DNA of 64,000 bases, taken from positions 616 through 64,615 of the forward strand of contig DXFU01000087.1 of NCBI GenBank assembly GCA_019114305.1, in the 5' to 3' direction. The position numbers and the translations under genes are program-made. The DNA comes from Candidatus Hungatella pullicola. GTDB taxonomy: Bacteria > Bacillota > Clostridia > Lachnospirales > Lachnospiraceae. Numbering within the stretch: position 1 is the first letter of the stretch; each line of letters starts with the position of its first letter. Shown here piece by piece: positions 52,368 to 63,477 of the stretch. The notes under the pieces are model-generated. The model was not told where the DNA came from. It ran no database searches and worked only from the letters and a program-made list of their open reading frames with translations.

Positions 52368-53597
52368 TTATTTCTTATTCTTGAGGAAATCAGGAATGTT
52401 AAGCTGAGTCTCTTTGTGAACAGGACGGTATGGCTGCGGATTGCTCTGGGAAGGGTTGGCAGTCGGATTTGTAAAACTGCTTCTGTTAAAACCGCTGCCC
52501 ACATTCTGTCCGTTAAAATTAGGTGTAAAGTTAGGCTTAAATCCTGAATTTGACGGCGTAGTAGCCGCAGCCTCAGAAGCAGCTGTCTGCTGATTCTGAG
52601 CAGATGGCTTAAAGCTGTTCATCACCTGAGAAACTGGTGTCTCCATCTGCATATCCAGACCGGTAGCAATGACTGTAATGGTAGCCTCATCCTGAGCATT
52701 CTCATCAAACATGGCGCCAAAGATAATATTAGCATCATCTCCCGCCATCTCCTGTACATAGCTGGCTGCCTCATTGGCTTCGATCAGGCTGATATCACCG
52801 GAAATATTAATAATCACATGAGAAGCTCCCTCAATAGTAGTCTCAAGCAGCGGGCTGGATACAGCCTGCTTCACTGCTTCCAAAGCCTTCTCATCGCCCT
52901 TGGCATGTCCAATACCAATATGCGCGATTCCCTTATCTGTCATAACTGTCTGAACATCGGCAAAGTCAAGGTTAATAAGACCTGGCACATTAATCAGATC
53001 CGTAATACCCTGTACAGCCTGCAGAAGAACCTCATCTGCCTTCTTAAGAGCCTCAGGCATAGTAGTACGTCTGTCTACGATTTCCAGAAGACGGTCATTA
53101 GGGATTACAATCAGAGTATCCACACTGTCCTTCAGACGCTCAATACCAGCAATGGCGTTATTCATACGAGTCCTGGCTTCGAAACGGAAAGGCTTTGTCA
53201 CAACACCTACAGTAAGAATTCCCATATCTTTGGCAATCTTAGCCACAACAGGTGCTGCTCCAGTACCGGTGCCGCCTCCCATACCGCAGGTAACGAATAC
53301 CATATCCGCTCCCTTCATAGCCTGGGCCAGCTCCTCAGAGCTTTCCTCAGCTGCCTTTTCTCCTACTTCAGGCTTTGCTCCGGCACCAAGTCCTTTTGTC
53401 AGTTTCTCACCGATCTGCATTGCAGTAGGTGCCTTACAAAACTGAAGGGCCTGTTTGTCCGTGTTAATACCAATAAACTCTACTCCTGCTATATTCTCAT
53501 CAATCATGCGGTTCACAGCATTATTTCCTGCTCCGCCTACGCCGATTACCAGTATTCTTGCGGCATTATCTGATTCATTTATCTTAATCTCTAACAA
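52368..53597 (-). CDS. ftsZ: Cell division protein FtsZ
   Basis: [10 protein letters not shown] and [11 protein letters not shown] motifs. The start is TTG at 53597, with AAAGGAGGA 8 nt upstream. No in-frame ATG occurs before the GTP-binding motif. Confidence 0.97.
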   Translation of the reverse strand: MLEIKINESDNAARILVIGVGGAGNNAVNRMIDENIAGVEFIGINTDKQALQFCKAPTAMQIGEKLTKGLGAGAKPEVGEKAAEESSEELAQAMKGADMVFVTCGMGGGTGTGAAPVVAKIAKDMGILTVGVVTKPFRFEARTRMNNAIAGIERLKDSVDTLIVIPNDRLLEIVDRRTTMPEALKKADEVLLQAVQGITDLINVPGLINLDFADVQTVMTDKGIAHIGIGHAKGDEKALEAVKQAVSSPLLETTIEGASHVIINISGDISLIEANEAASYVQEMAGDDANIIFGAMFDENAQDEATITVIATGLDMQMETPVSQVMNSFKPSAQNQQTAASEAAATTPSNSGFKPNFTPNFNGQNVGSGFNRSSFTNPTANPSQSNPQPYRPVHKETQLNIPDFLKNKK

Positions 53598-53648
53598 GAT
53601 TATATCCTCCTTTAACCATAAACAGCTTACTCTATAGACCTATCTAAT

Positions 53649-53677
53649 ATAATATTTGATTTCACGGAAAATATCAA
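53649..53677 (-). promoter_or_regulatory. Candidate sigma-A promoter of ftsZ
   Basis: The minus strand reads TTGATA (53677-53672), a 17-nt spacer, then TATTAT (53654-53649). Confidence 0.55.
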
Positions 53678-53716
53678 CTGCTTTTTTCAACAAAATTCCA
53701 ACTATATCAAAAAAAT

Positions 53717-54445
53717 TTATTGATCTTTTATAAAACGATAAGAGGGCGATGTATTGGTCTCATCATAGGTATCCAGATACAAGGTTCCCGAATAACCGGT
53801 CAGCACTGGCAGCTGATCCCGCAGCTCGGCAATCTTTCCGTTCATTTGCTCCCCGCTTCCAAGGTAAACCCGAATGTCTCCCAGAATCAGCGTACATTTT
53901 CCCGAACTGTCGTATCTTACCTCATCCACCTGTATTTCATAGGTTGTCAGCAGCTGAGTAAGATTCAGAATATCATTAAAAACCCCCTCATCTTCCACAG
54001 GGAGAGGCTGGTGAAGGACAATATGGCCAAAATCCAGCCCCTCAATTCTGGGAACTCCCTCCAGCTGACTGGTAGTGCTCTCCACAATAATTCCATCCTT
54101 ATCAAAATACATATTGCTTCCCATATAAGAGACATAGCCTACTACCGATTTTTCATACACAATCACTTCAACGGCAACCGGACTTTGAAATTCAATTTCA
54201 TAGTCCTCTACAAAAGGAATCTCTTTATGTTCTCCAAACCGGTCATTAAAAAAACAGTATAAGGAATTTCTATCCCATCTTCCCCCAAACAGCATCTCTA
54301 TCATCTGCTCCGATGTATACTGATGATTTCCGGTTACCGTTATGGTACGGATCTGCAGAGACATAAGGAAAGCCCCAATCAAAAGAATTGCCGCCGCTAC
54401 TATGCCAATGATTAATTTTCTTCTGGTATTTCCTGATTTTCTCAT
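53717..54445 (-). CDS. ftsQ: Cell division protein FtsQ/DivIB (POTRA domain)
   Basis: 242 aa with an N-terminal TM helix and a POTRA-like region (IRTITVTGNHQYTSEQ). Located in the dcw cluster. Confidence 0.8.
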   Translation of the reverse strand: MRKSGNTRRKLIIGIVAAAILLIGAFLMSLQIRTITVTGNHQYTSEQMIEMLFGGRWDRNSLYCFFNDRFGEHKEIPFVEDYEIEFQSPVAVEVIVYEKSVVGYVSYMGSNMYFDKDGIIVESTTSQLEGVPRIEGLDFGHIVLHQPLPVEDEGVFNDILNLTQLLTTYEIQVDEVRYDSSGKCTLILGDIRVYLGSGEQMNGKIAELRDQLPVLTGYSGTLYLDTYDETNTSPSYRFIKDQ

Positions 54446-55692
54446 TCTATTCTTCTGATTACTCCTCCAAGCCTGGAAAGATCTTCACAAATATTTTCAT
54501 AACCCCGGTCAATGTGACCGCATCCGGAAACAGAAGTAATCCCCTTTGCTCCAAGACCCGCCACCACAAGAGCCGCTCCGCCCCTAAGATCTTCTGCCTT
54601 TACATTTCCGCCTGTAAGCTGCACGCATCCGCAGACAACGGCACGCTTTCCTTCTATTATAATATCTGCTCCCATTTTTCGCAATTCCCCGGCAGTCTTG
54701 AATCTTTCCTCAAATATATTTTCTTCAATCCTGCTGATTCCGTCAGCCCTTGCCGCCACCGCCATCAAAGGAGACTGAAGATCCGTAGGAAATCCGGGAT
54801 AAAAATCTGTTGACACAGAAACAGATTTTGGCCGGCCGCTGAAAGAAATTCCGATCAGTCTCTGCTCTCTCCTGATTTCTGCCCCCATCTGTTCCATAAC
54901 TGCCAAAGGTTCTGTCAGATGATCAGGAGCAACTCCCTGTATGACTGCCCTTCCTCCGCATGCCATTACAGAAAAAAGGTAAGTGCCGGCCGCTATTCTG
55001 TCTCCACACACAAAAAATCTGGCATCGTGAAGCCGTCTTCTTCCTCTGACCATAATTTTACTGGTTCCTGCTCCTGTAATCTCCGCTCCCATTTTAGTAA
55101 GAAAAGAACACAGTTCCACAATTTCCGGTTCCCTGGCCGCTCCCTCAATTACCGTGGTTCCCTCCGCGGCCACTGCTGCCATAACAGCATTTTCCGTAGC
55201 TCCCACACTGGGACAGGAAAAAGAAACAGAGGCGCCGGACAGCCGTTTTGCAGAAGCCAGCACCCCTTCTTTATCCTCCTCTACTTCAGCTCCCAAAGCC
55301 CGAAAAGCCTTCAGATGAAGGTCAATAGGCCGCTGACCAATGGCGCAGCCTCCCGGAAACCCAGCTTTCACCTGGCCCAGCCTTCCTAAAAGGGGGCCTG
55401 CCAGCATAATAGAGGAGCGCATACATCCCGCCCAATGGGAGGGCAGCTCACAGGAGGATAAGGTTCTGGTATCAAGAGTAAGGCAATTTCCCTCCAGGCG
55501 GCAGATGCAGCCCATATGTTCAAGTATCCCCAGCATACAGAACACATCCTGTATCCTGGGGACATTTTCAATTACTGTAATTCCATTATGGAGAACCGCT
55601 GCTGCCATTACAGGAAGAACAGCGTTTTTTGAACCCTGAATTACAAGCTCGCCGTTTAGGGGATGGCCTCCCTCAATCTGTATCACCGACAA
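54442..55692 (-). CDS. murA: UDP-N-acetylglucosamine 1-carboxyvinyltransferase
   Basis: 416 aa with GSKNAVLP and the catalytic Cys context GGCAIGQRPIDLH. TTG start at 55692 after AGGAGG. Confidence 0.92.
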   Translation of the reverse strand: MSVIQIEGGHPLNGELVIQGSKNAVLPVMAAAVLHNGITVIENVPRIQDVFCMLGILEHMGCICRLEGNCLTLDTRTLSSCELPSHWAGCMRSSIMLAGPLLGRLGQVKAGFPGGCAIGQRPIDLHLKAFRALGAEVEEDKEGVLASAKRLSGASVSFSCPSVGATENAVMAAVAAEGTTVIEGAAREPEIVELCSFLTKMGAEITGAGTSKIMVRGRRRLHDARFFVCGDRIAAGTYLFSVMACGGRAVIQGVAPDHLTEPLAVMEQMGAEIRREQRLIGISFSGRPKSVSVSTDFYPGFPTDLQSPLMAVAARADGISRIEENIFEERFKTAGELRKMGADIIIEGKRAVVCGCVQLTGGNVKAEDLRGGAALVVAGLGAKGITSVSGCGHIDRGYENICEDLSRLGGVIRRIE

Positions 55693-55760
55693 TATGATAC
55701 CTCCTGTTGATTCCTATATACCATCCTATGTAAAAACGGAAAGCCCGGTTCCTGTCCTTC

Positions 55761-56909
55761 CTATTTTTCCAGCCGAATCTGGTTTGATACACTTAACACC
55801 ATGCCCATCTCAATCATCAGGAACAAAACCGACGTTCCTCCATAGCTGATAAAAGGAAGGGTAATTCCCGTATTGGGTATGGTGTTGGTTACAACCGCCA
55901 CATTAAGAATAACCTGAATAGCGATATGTGCCATAACACCTACAACAAGAAGAGCACCAAACAAATCCGGAGCATTCTCCGCAATAAGCATAAAGCGGTA
56001 GATCATAAAAAGAAAGATAAGAATAACTGATACCGCTCCAAATAATCCCAGCTCCTCACAAATAATGGAAAAAATCATATCATTCTGGGCCTCAGGAATA
56101 AATCCCAGCTTTTGAATGCTCTCTCCCAGTCCCCGGCCGAAAAGCCCTCCGGACCCAATGGCATACAGCCCCTGAAGCACCTGATAACCTCCCGTAGAAG
56201 GATAGGCCTCCGGATTCTGCCACACTAAAATACGGCTCAGCTGGTACTCCTGAAGGATACCCAGGTTTTCCAGCAAAGTGGCCAGAGGCCCCGCCAGCTC
56301 CCACACGGCAATTCCCAAAAGCACACAGACCGCAAAAGGCCATTTTTTCTTACAGGACACAAAAAGCATAACAAAAGCGATGCCGGCAATAATAATTCCT
56401 GAGCTCAGGTTATTAGCTGCCACAATGCCGGCAATGGGAAGGGACAAGCCAATCACTGTCAGCACACCCTTTTTGCGGTTAATATTTCTTCCCATCTGGA
56501 CAATGACCGCAGCCAGCATTACTATTAACGCTACCTTTACAAACTCCGTAGGCTGGAACGAAATAGGCCCTATGGCAAGCCATCTTCTTTTTCCGTTTAC
56601 CTTTCTGCCGAAAAGCGATACAGCAATCATCAGCACATAGGACATAATATAGGCAAGTACTGCAAATCTGGCATACCAGTGATAATCCATCTTTGAGATA
56701 AGAATCATTCCCACAAAACCTGCCAGAGCAATCATGGCCTGCCTTTTCATAAAGTAGGCGGCATCCCCATAAACCAGCTGGGCTGAATAGGAGCTGGAGC
56801 TGTAAATCATAACCAACCCAAACACAGTCAGGAAGATTACAGTAAACAATAGGCTGTAATCATAAAACCGGCGTACTTTTTTCTTTTTTTCCGGTCTGTT
56901 TTCCGCCAT
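55761..56909 (-). CDS. ftsW: SEDS-family peptidoglycan glycosyltransferase FtsW/SpoVE
   Basis: 382-aa, 10-TM SEDS sequence (LPFISYGGTS). Confidence 0.9.
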   Translation of the reverse strand: MAENRPEKKKKVRRFYDYSLLFTVIFLTVFGLVMIYSSSSYSAQLVYGDAAYFMKRQAMIALAGFVGMILISKMDYHWYARFAVLAYIMSYVLMIAVSLFGRKVNGKRRWLAIGPISFQPTEFVKVALIVMLAAVIVQMGRNINRKKGVLTVIGLSLPIAGIVAANNLSSGIIIAGIAFVMLFVSCKKKWPFAVCVLLGIAVWELAGPLATLLENLGILQEYQLSRILVWQNPEAYPSTGGYQVLQGLYAIGSGGLFGRGLGESIQKLGFIPEAQNDMIFSIICEELGLFGAVSVILIFLFMIYRFMLIAENAPDLFGALLVVGVMAHIAIQVILNVAVVTNTIPNTGITLPFISYGGTSVLFLMIEMGMVLSVSNQIRLEK

Positions 56910-56964
56910 ATCATGCCTCCTTGCCTCTCAGTGGATCTGTCTTATGGTATCCCCCTTTTATATC

Positions 56965-58311
56965 TTACAAAGCATAAACACACTCTTTGAAAATTCGTCC
57001 CCGCTCTTCATAGTTTTTAAACATTCCCCAACTGGCGCATGCGGGAGACAAAAGCACATAGTCTCCGCTGTTGGCATAGGAGGCGCATACCTTAACCGCT
57101 TCCTGCATATCCTCCGCATACATTACATTGGTAAAATCGTGGCGGGCTGCACATCTGGCTATTTTCTCCCTGGTCTGTCCCAGCAGAACCATATATCTTA
57201 CCTTTCCGTCAAAGGATTCAATCCACTGATCGTATTCTGAATCCTTATCATAGCCTCCCGCAATAAGGATAGTCGGTCCCGGCATAGCCTTAATGGCCTG
57301 AATAGCCGCATCGGGATTGGTTCCCTTGGAGTCGTTGTAGTACTTTACTCCTGCCTTCTCAGCAACAAACTCAATTCTGTGTTCCACAGCCTTAAAAGCT
57401 TTTACCGCCTTCTGAATCGTTTCCAGAGGAACCCCTAGCTCTGTGGCAATCGCCACAGCTGCCATAACATTTTCATAATTGTGCCGGCCTAAAAGCTGCA
57501 AATCATGGATATCCACAATCTCTGTTCTCTCACCGCCATGATTATAAACAATCATATCTCCATCCAGGCAGTAGCCTTCTTTCAGACTTTCCCTGCTGCT
57601 GAAATAAACTGCCTTCGCTTTTGTGGTCTTGCCAAACTCTCTGAGAACCGGATCATCGTAATTCAGGACACAGCTGTCCTCCTCCGTCTGGTCAGCCGCA
57701 ATCCGCTCTTTTACTTCTATGTAACAATCCATAGTTTTATGACGATTTAAATGGTCCGGAGTAATATTTAAAATTGCGCTCACATCAGGTTTAAAGTCCA
57801 CAACGGTCTCAAGCTGAAAACTGCTGATTTCCGCAACAGTAACAGAATCATCTGTGGTTTCCAGAGCAACGGAAGCATAAGGTGTACCAATATTTCCCAC
57901 AACAAACACCTGATGAAAATGGGCTTTTAAAATCTCTCCCGTAAGGGATGTGGTTGTAGTCTTTCCGTTGGTTCCTGTAATAGCTGCCAGTTTTCCCTTG
58001 GCGTAATGGTTTGCCAGCTGAATCTCGCTCCAAATTGGAATATCAGCCTCAATCAGGGCCGTCACAAAAGGGGCATCCATGGGAATTCCCGGGCTTATAA
58101 TACACAGGCCTACCTGGGCAAGCTCCGCCGGCTTTAATTCCCCAAGACTGACTGTTATAGGATCTCCCGGCTTGAATTGGGCCAGAAGCTCCTCCTCGCT
58201 GAGATTTTCATTGCCGTCATATAAAATCACCTCATTGCCAGTATCCAGAACCAGTCTGGATGCCGCAATTCCGCTTTTTCCGCTTCCTGCTACTAATACT
58301 TTCTCACTCAT
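56965..58311 (-). CDS. murD: UDP-N-acetylmuramoylalanine--D-glutamate ligase
   Basis: VLVAGSGKSGIA and the ATP-binding motif ITGTNGKTTT. I placed the start at ATG 58311 (RBS GGAGAGGA). The ORF-track extension overlaps mraY. Confidence 0.92.
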   Translation of the reverse strand: MSEKVLVAGSGKSGIAASRLVLDTGNEVILYDGNENLSEEELLAQFKPGDPITVSLGELKPAELAQVGLCIISPGIPMDAPFVTALIEADIPIWSEIQLANHYAKGKLAAITGTNGKTTTTSLTGEILKAHFHQVFVVGNIGTPYASVALETTDDSVTVAEISSFQLETVVDFKPDVSAILNITPDHLNRHKTMDCYIEVKERIAADQTEEDSCVLNYDDPVLREFGKTTKAKAVYFSSRESLKEGYCLDGDMIVYNHGGERTEIVDIHDLQLLGRHNYENVMAAVAIATELGVPLETIQKAVKAFKAVEHRIEFVAEKAGVKYYNDSKGTNPDAAIQAIKAMPGPTILIAGGYDKDSEYDQWIESFDGKVRYMVLLGQTREKIARCAARHDFTNVMYAEDMQEAVKVCASYANSGDYVLLSPACASWGMFKNYEERGRIFKECVYAL

Positions 58312-58325
58312 ATGTTTATCCTCTC

Positions 58326-59294
58326 CTATAATCCAAGGTATGCCAACAGACAGAGAATGGCCGTCACAATTGAAAATACAGCCACAACCCGGGTTTCCGA
58401 CCAGCCGCAAAGCTCAAAATGATGGTGAATGGGAGCCATCTTGAAGATACGCTTTCCTCCGGTTTTCTTAAAATACGTCACCTGCATAATCACAGACAGC
58501 ACCTCGATCAGATAAATAAAACCGATGATGGCTATAAAAATGGGGATCTGCATCATAAACGCGCTGGAGGCAACAAAACCTCCAAGGGCCAGTGATCCTG
58601 TATCTCCCATAAACACCTTTGCCGGATACACATTAAACAGAAGGAATCCAAGAAGACTCCCCACAACGGCTCCGGTAATAGGACTGATTCCTGTATTTTC
58701 TCCAATCGCTACTACTGTCAGGAAAGTTGCCACCAATATGGTCACGCTGGTACACAATCCATCCAGGCCATCTGTAAAATTCACTCCGTTGTCCGTGCCG
58801 ATTACAATAAAAAATACAGCCGGGACAAAAAGAATTCCCAGATTCAGATACAGCCCGCTGTCAAATCCTCCTGTAAAGGGGATAAGCATCTCGGTTCCCA
58901 CCTCTCCCGAACCAACCAGATAGTAGGCGAATATTCCAGTAATAATAAGCTGACCAGCCATTTTCTGAATGGGTGTAAGTCCTTCAGACCGTTTTAAAAC
59001 GATTTTAATATAGTCATCCAAAAATCCTACAATGCCAAATCCCACTGTAACAAAAAGCACCGGAATAATTCTGGGATAATCTCTTACGTAAAACAGGGAA
59101 GTAATGATAATACTGGTAAGAATAATAAGACCGCCCATAGTAGGGGTTCCCTGCTTCTTCAAATGACTCTCCGGCCCCTCTTTGCGTACCTCCTGGCCAA
59201 ATTTCAGCCGATGAAGAAAAGGTATAACAATAGGACACAGAATTGCGCTGATGGCAAAGGCTATAATAATCGCCAGTATGGTTTCGTTAATCAT
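58326..59294 (-). CDS. mraY: Phospho-N-acetylmuramoyl-pentapeptide transferase
   Basis: KxGTPTMGG, NxxNxTDGLDGL and APIHHHFE motifs. I placed the start at ATG 59294 (RBS GAGGTG). Confidence 0.93.
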   Translation of the reverse strand: MINETILAIIIAFAISAILCPIVIPFLHRLKFGQEVRKEGPESHLKKQGTPTMGGLIILTSIIITSLFYVRDYPRIIPVLFVTVGFGIVGFLDDYIKIVLKRSEGLTPIQKMAGQLIITGIFAYYLVGSGEVGTEMLIPFTGGFDSGLYLNLGILFVPAVFFIVIGTDNGVNFTDGLDGLCTSVTILVATFLTVVAIGENTGISPITGAVVGSLLGFLLFNVYPAKVFMGDTGSLALGGFVASSAFMMQIPIFIAIIGFIYLIEVLSVIMQVTYFKKTGGKRIFKMAPIHHHFELCGWSETRVVAVFSIVTAILCLLAYLGL

Positions 59295-59374
59295 AACACA
59301 CCTCAAATTTTTATGTATTAGTACATCAATGGAATCGTACATAGTAAGTAGTATACGTCTTTTTCACTGAATAA

Positions 59375-61135
59375 TCAACCATAGATTCGAAAGGCTGCGT
59401 CAGTTTTTTCCTTCTCTTCCTCAATTCCCAAATAAGGCAGAATATTCTTGAAAATATCCGCTATAACAGGAGCCGCAATGGTTCCTCCATAGTAAATTCC
59501 TTCCGGCTCATCAATGGTAATCAGGGCAATTACCTGAGGATTATCCGCAGGAGCAAAACCGATGAAAGAAGAAATATATTTTTTCAGACTCCTGGGAAGC
59601 TTTTCTGAGGTAGCAGTCTTTCCGCCAATGCGGTATCCTTCAACATAAGCGTTTTTTCCGCTTCCCTCCGCCACTACCTGCTCCAGAATGTATCTCATTG
59701 CAGCGCTGGTTTCCTCTGACACAATTCCTGCGGTCTTAGGATAGGAAAAGGTGTGAACCGTCTCCCCGGAAGAAGAAACCGCTTTTACCCCGAAATGAGG
59801 CGTAATTCTGGTTCCTCCGTTTATAAGAGATGAAACCGTAGTTATCAGCTGGATTGGCGTAATCTGAAAAGACTGGCCAAAGGAAACCGTGGCCAGCTCT
59901 ACCGGCCCCATATTTTCCTTTTTGTGCATAATAGTGACTCCCTCTCCCGGCAGATCAATTCCAGTTTTTTTCTTCAGCCCAAACTGTTCAAAATATTTAT
60001 AGTAATGATCCACGCCAAGACGCTGCCCTACGTCAATGAGCACCGGATTGCAGGAATTCATCATCCCCTGAAGAAAGGTTTCACTCCCATGGCCTCCTAC
60101 CTTATGGCAGCGAATCTTTCGATCCTCCACCACACGGAAACCAGGGCAGGAAAAGGTATCGTTAAGGCTTACCACTCCCTCTTCCAATCCTGCCGCCGCT
60201 GTAACAATCTTAAAAGTAGACCCCGGCTCGTAGGTATCATTGATACAGGGATTTCTCCACATCTGATTTAACAGATCCTGCCTCTCCCTTTCCGACACCT
60301 GGCTTTCAACTGTCTGATTCAGAGTAAACGGACTGTTAAGATCAAATTCAGGAACATTTACCATAGCGTAGATTTGCCCATTCTGAGGATTCATCACAAT
60401 GACAGAAACCCGATTTGCCCCTTTTTTTTCCATCACCTGCGTCGCTGCCTGTTCACAATACTGCTGAATGTTCACATCCAGACTGACATATAAATCCTGG
60501 CCCGCCACAGGCTCCACTCTGTCTTCAGCAGCGTTTTCCAATTCCACTCCCGCCGCATCAGCCATAGTAAGAATCTTTCCGTTGGTTCCCTTTAAATACT
60601 CTTCATACACAACCTCCAGGCCGATAATTCCCTGATTGTCTCCCCCTGTAAATCCCAGTACCTTTGAGGCCAGGCTTCCATAGGGATAGTATCTCTTGTA
60701 ATCCTCATCTACCTTAACTCCGGCCAGATGAAAAGAACGAATTTTGTCTCCCAGTTCTTTATCCACATTCGTCTTTATAATCTCCCTGGAGCTATAGGTT
60801 TCTACCTTTTTCCTTACCTCCGACTCATCAAGTCCCAGTTCCCTGGATAGCACTGCTGTCACTTCTTCCGGTTCCTCAATCTGATTGTGTATTACAGAAA
60901 TGGTGCACACGGTTCTATTGGTAGCGATTACCTTTCCGGAAGCATCTATAATATTGCCTCTTGCTGCCTTAATGGTTCTCTCTCTCTGGTGAAGATCTTC
61001 TGCCCGGGCGCTGTAATAATCTGATCGACAAACCATAAGAAAAATAAGCCGTCCCGTTAGTCCTGCCATACAGATAAACAACAGGAAAAACAGGACGGCT
61101 ATTCTTTCTCTGTGATGGGTTCGAAATGAATTCAT
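59375..61135 (-). CDS. Class B penicillin-binding protein (SpoVD/PBP2B-like, no PASTA domain seen)
   Basis: A TM helix, a dimerisation domain, and a transpeptidase domain with SxxK (STFK) and KTG (GKTATS). I placed the start at ATG 61135 (RBS GGAG). Confidence 0.88.
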   Translation of the reverse strand: MNSFRTHHRERIAVLFFLLFICMAGLTGRLIFLMVCRSDYYSARAEDLHQRERTIKAARGNIIDASGKVIATNRTVCTISVIHNQIEEPEEVTAVLSRELGLDESEVRKKVETYSSREIIKTNVDKELGDKIRSFHLAGVKVDEDYKRYYPYGSLASKVLGFTGGDNQGIIGLEVVYEEYLKGTNGKILTMADAAGVELENAAEDRVEPVAGQDLYVSLDVNIQQYCEQAATQVMEKKGANRVSVIVMNPQNGQIYAMVNVPEFDLNSPFTLNQTVESQVSERERQDLLNQMWRNPCINDTYEPGSTFKIVTAAAGLEEGVVSLNDTFSCPGFRVVEDRKIRCHKVGGHGSETFLQGMMNSCNPVLIDVGQRLGVDHYYKYFEQFGLKKKTGIDLPGEGVTIMHKKENMGPVELATVSFGQSFQITPIQLITTVSSLINGGTRITPHFGVKAVSSSGETVHTFSYPKTAGIVSEETSAAMRYILEQVVAEGSGKNAYVEGYRIGGKTATSEKLPRSLKKYISSFIGFAPADNPQVIALITIDEPEGIYYGGTIAAPVIADIFKNILPYLGIEEEKEKTDAAFRIYG

Positions 61136-61191
61136 ATACTGCTCCACACTGTCATTATTACAGTATATGACTCCTTTCACTCATTATTCTT

Positions 61192-63477
61192 TCAGCCATC
61201 TTCCCCACTGCTTTCCGGCAGGCTGCTTTCTAAGCGCTCAGTTTCAGAAACTGTTGCTGAAACTGTATCTGTCTGGCCGCTGCTTTCCTGACCTGGAACA
61301 GCCGCTGGAAGATTAGTGCCTGTTCCGTCAGAAGGCCTTGGAATATATTCCTCCGATGGATTCAACAGCTCTTCTGGAACTGGTTCTCCGTTTTCCATAG
61401 TAGGACCTGCTGCACTCTCCTCTGTTTCTCCCTCCTCTGTTTCCTGTGACACTTCTCCGCTTGTAATACCCTCTTCCTGAGGAAGACCTGCTGCCTCCGG
61501 ATCCATCTGTGTATCCGTTGCGGCTGTATCCGGGAAAATATTTAAATAAGGAAGAATCTCTGCCATAATTTTCTGGAAAATCTGAGTGGCATAAGTACTG
61601 TGGGGCTGATCCTCCACATGAGGCTGATCCACTACCACATAGACCAGAACCTGAGGATTATCTGCCGGGGCATATCCGCAGAAAGAAACCAGATAATTTG
61701 TTTTATCTCTGGGGATTTTCTCCGCCGTACCTGTCTTGCCCGCAACTTTATAGCCTTCTACCTTGCCTGCGCTTCCAGTTCCGCCCTCTCCGTTTACCGT
61801 CTGATATAACGCTTCATTAATATAGTCCGTGGTTGAATCTGAAACTGTCTCTCTCACAAGAACCGGCTCTTTTGTTTCCACAACAGCACCCTGCTCATTT
61901 AAAATCTGCTTTACCACATGAGGCTCATAATAGGAACCGCCATTAATAACAGAACAGTACGCAGCGGCCATTTGGATCATGGTACAGTTAAAGTTCTGTC
62001 CAAAGGAATTGGTAGCCAAATCTACAGGGCCTGCAGAATCTGCCGTATACATAAGGGTTTTATTGTCCGCCTCACCTGGAAGATCAATACCAGTCTTAGA
62101 GCCAAAACCAAACATAGTCTGATATTTATAAAAACGGTCCTCACCAATCTGCTGTACCAGCTGCATCATAACGGCATTGCAGGATTTCATAAGACTCTGC
62201 TCAATCGTCAGAGGCCCATGTCCGTAAAGGCTGACACAGGAAATATCTGTACCGGCCACATTTACAATTCGATTGCATTGGTATACCTCATTTCCTGTAA
62301 TAACCCCTTCTTCCAGACCGGCAGCTACTGTAAAAATTTTAAAGGTGGAACCAGGCTCAAATCCATCGCTGATAGTGAAATTTCTCCAGGTCTGATTCCA
62401 GGCCACCTGAGTTCCCAAGGACATAACCTCCTGATCTGTATAATGGTCAAAAACCTGGTCTGCCGTAATAGGAGCTTCATCCTTGTGCTTTCTCTTATAA
62501 TCATCCACCGCCTCCTGAATTCCCAGCTGACGAACTACCTCATCAGTGTACTCAGGCCGCAGCTGCCTGGGATTATTCAAATCGAAAACATTGTCATTGG
62601 CCATGGCAAGAACTTCGCCGTTGTTGGGATTCATCACAATCACACCAACCCGCTCACTTCCTGTCTCCTGCTCCCATTCATTTATATATTTCTCAACAAT
62701 CTTCTGAACATTTGCATCTATGGTAGAAACAATAGTGTTTCCGTTTACAGCCGGCTTAATAACTCTCTCCAGATTGGAATCGTCGTTTAAATAGCCATAC
62801 TCTCTTCCATTGGTACCCATAAGAGTGGAATTATAATACTGCTCCAGCCCTCCTGTTCCCGTGGAGCCGTCGCTTCCGGAAAATCCGATTACATGGCAGG
62901 CCAGAGAATTATAGGGATAAACACGTTTGTATTCATCCTCAAACCAGATTCCCTTAATAGACTGGGTACTTCCCTGCTTGTCAAATTCCTCTTCCTTCTG
63001 AGCTTTGTATGTCTCGTAATTTTCCTTCTGCTCATAAGACAGCTGTCGCGCATACCTGACATAGGCGCTGTTTGAATTCTCCTGAATCAGATTCATCATC
63101 TCCGTCCTATCGTATCCAAAGCATTCCACAAGGGCGTTAACGGAAGGCTCCAGATAATCCTCAGGGCTGGACATAATCTGCCGCGGATCAATAATTAAAT
63201 TGTAAACTTTTTCACTTGTAGCCAGGTAGGTCCCATTGCGGTCCAGAATATCTCCTCTTCGGAAAGGAATCACCCGACTGTCGTAATCCTGATGAGACAA
63301 TACCTGCTGATTGTACTCTGCCTGTTTTTCTGTCATCAGCTGATACAGCACCATGACTAATGCAAACAAAGCCAGCGTAATTACCAAAACGGTAACCGCC
63401 AGCTTTTCCTGCATGTAAGGTAGAAAGATTTTCACCTTTCTATTTCCATTCTTCTTAGTATTTTGGGATTTCTTCAT
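61192..63477 (-). CDS. Class B penicillin-binding protein (FtsI/PBP2B-like) with acidic low-complexity C-terminal tail
   Basis: A TM helix, SxxK (STFK) and KTGT motifs, and a ~115-aa Glu/Ser/Thr/Pro-rich C-terminus. Confidence 0.88.
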   Translation of the reverse strand: MKKSQNTKKNGNRKVKIFLPYMQEKLAVTVLVITLALFALVMVLYQLMTEKQAEYNQQVLSHQDYDSRVIPFRRGDILDRNGTYLATSEKVYNLIIDPRQIMSSPEDYLEPSVNALVECFGYDRTEMMNLIQENSNSAYVRYARQLSYEQKENYETYKAQKEEEFDKQGSTQSIKGIWFEDEYKRVYPYNSLACHVIGFSGSDGSTGTGGLEQYYNSTLMGTNGREYGYLNDDSNLERVIKPAVNGNTIVSTIDANVQKIVEKYINEWEQETGSERVGVIVMNPNNGEVLAMANDNVFDLNNPRQLRPEYTDEVVRQLGIQEAVDDYKRKHKDEAPITADQVFDHYTDQEVMSLGTQVAWNQTWRNFTISDGFEPGSTFKIFTVAAGLEEGVITGNEVYQCNRIVNVAGTDISCVSLYGHGPLTIEQSLMKSCNAVMMQLVQQIGEDRFYKYQTMFGFGSKTGIDLPGEADNKTLMYTADSAGPVDLATNSFGQNFNCTMIQMAAAYCSVINGGSYYEPHVVKQILNEQGAVVETKEPVLVRETVSDSTTDYINEALYQTVNGEGGTGSAGKVEGYKVAGKTGTAEKIPRDKTNYLVSFCGYAPADNPQVLVYVVVDQPHVEDQPHSTYATQIFQKIMAEILPYLNIFPDTAATDTQMDPEAAGLPQEEGITSGEVSQETEEGETEESAAGPTMENGEPVPEELLNPSEEYIPRPSDGTGTNLPAAVPGQESSGQTDTVSATVSETERLESSLPESSGEDG

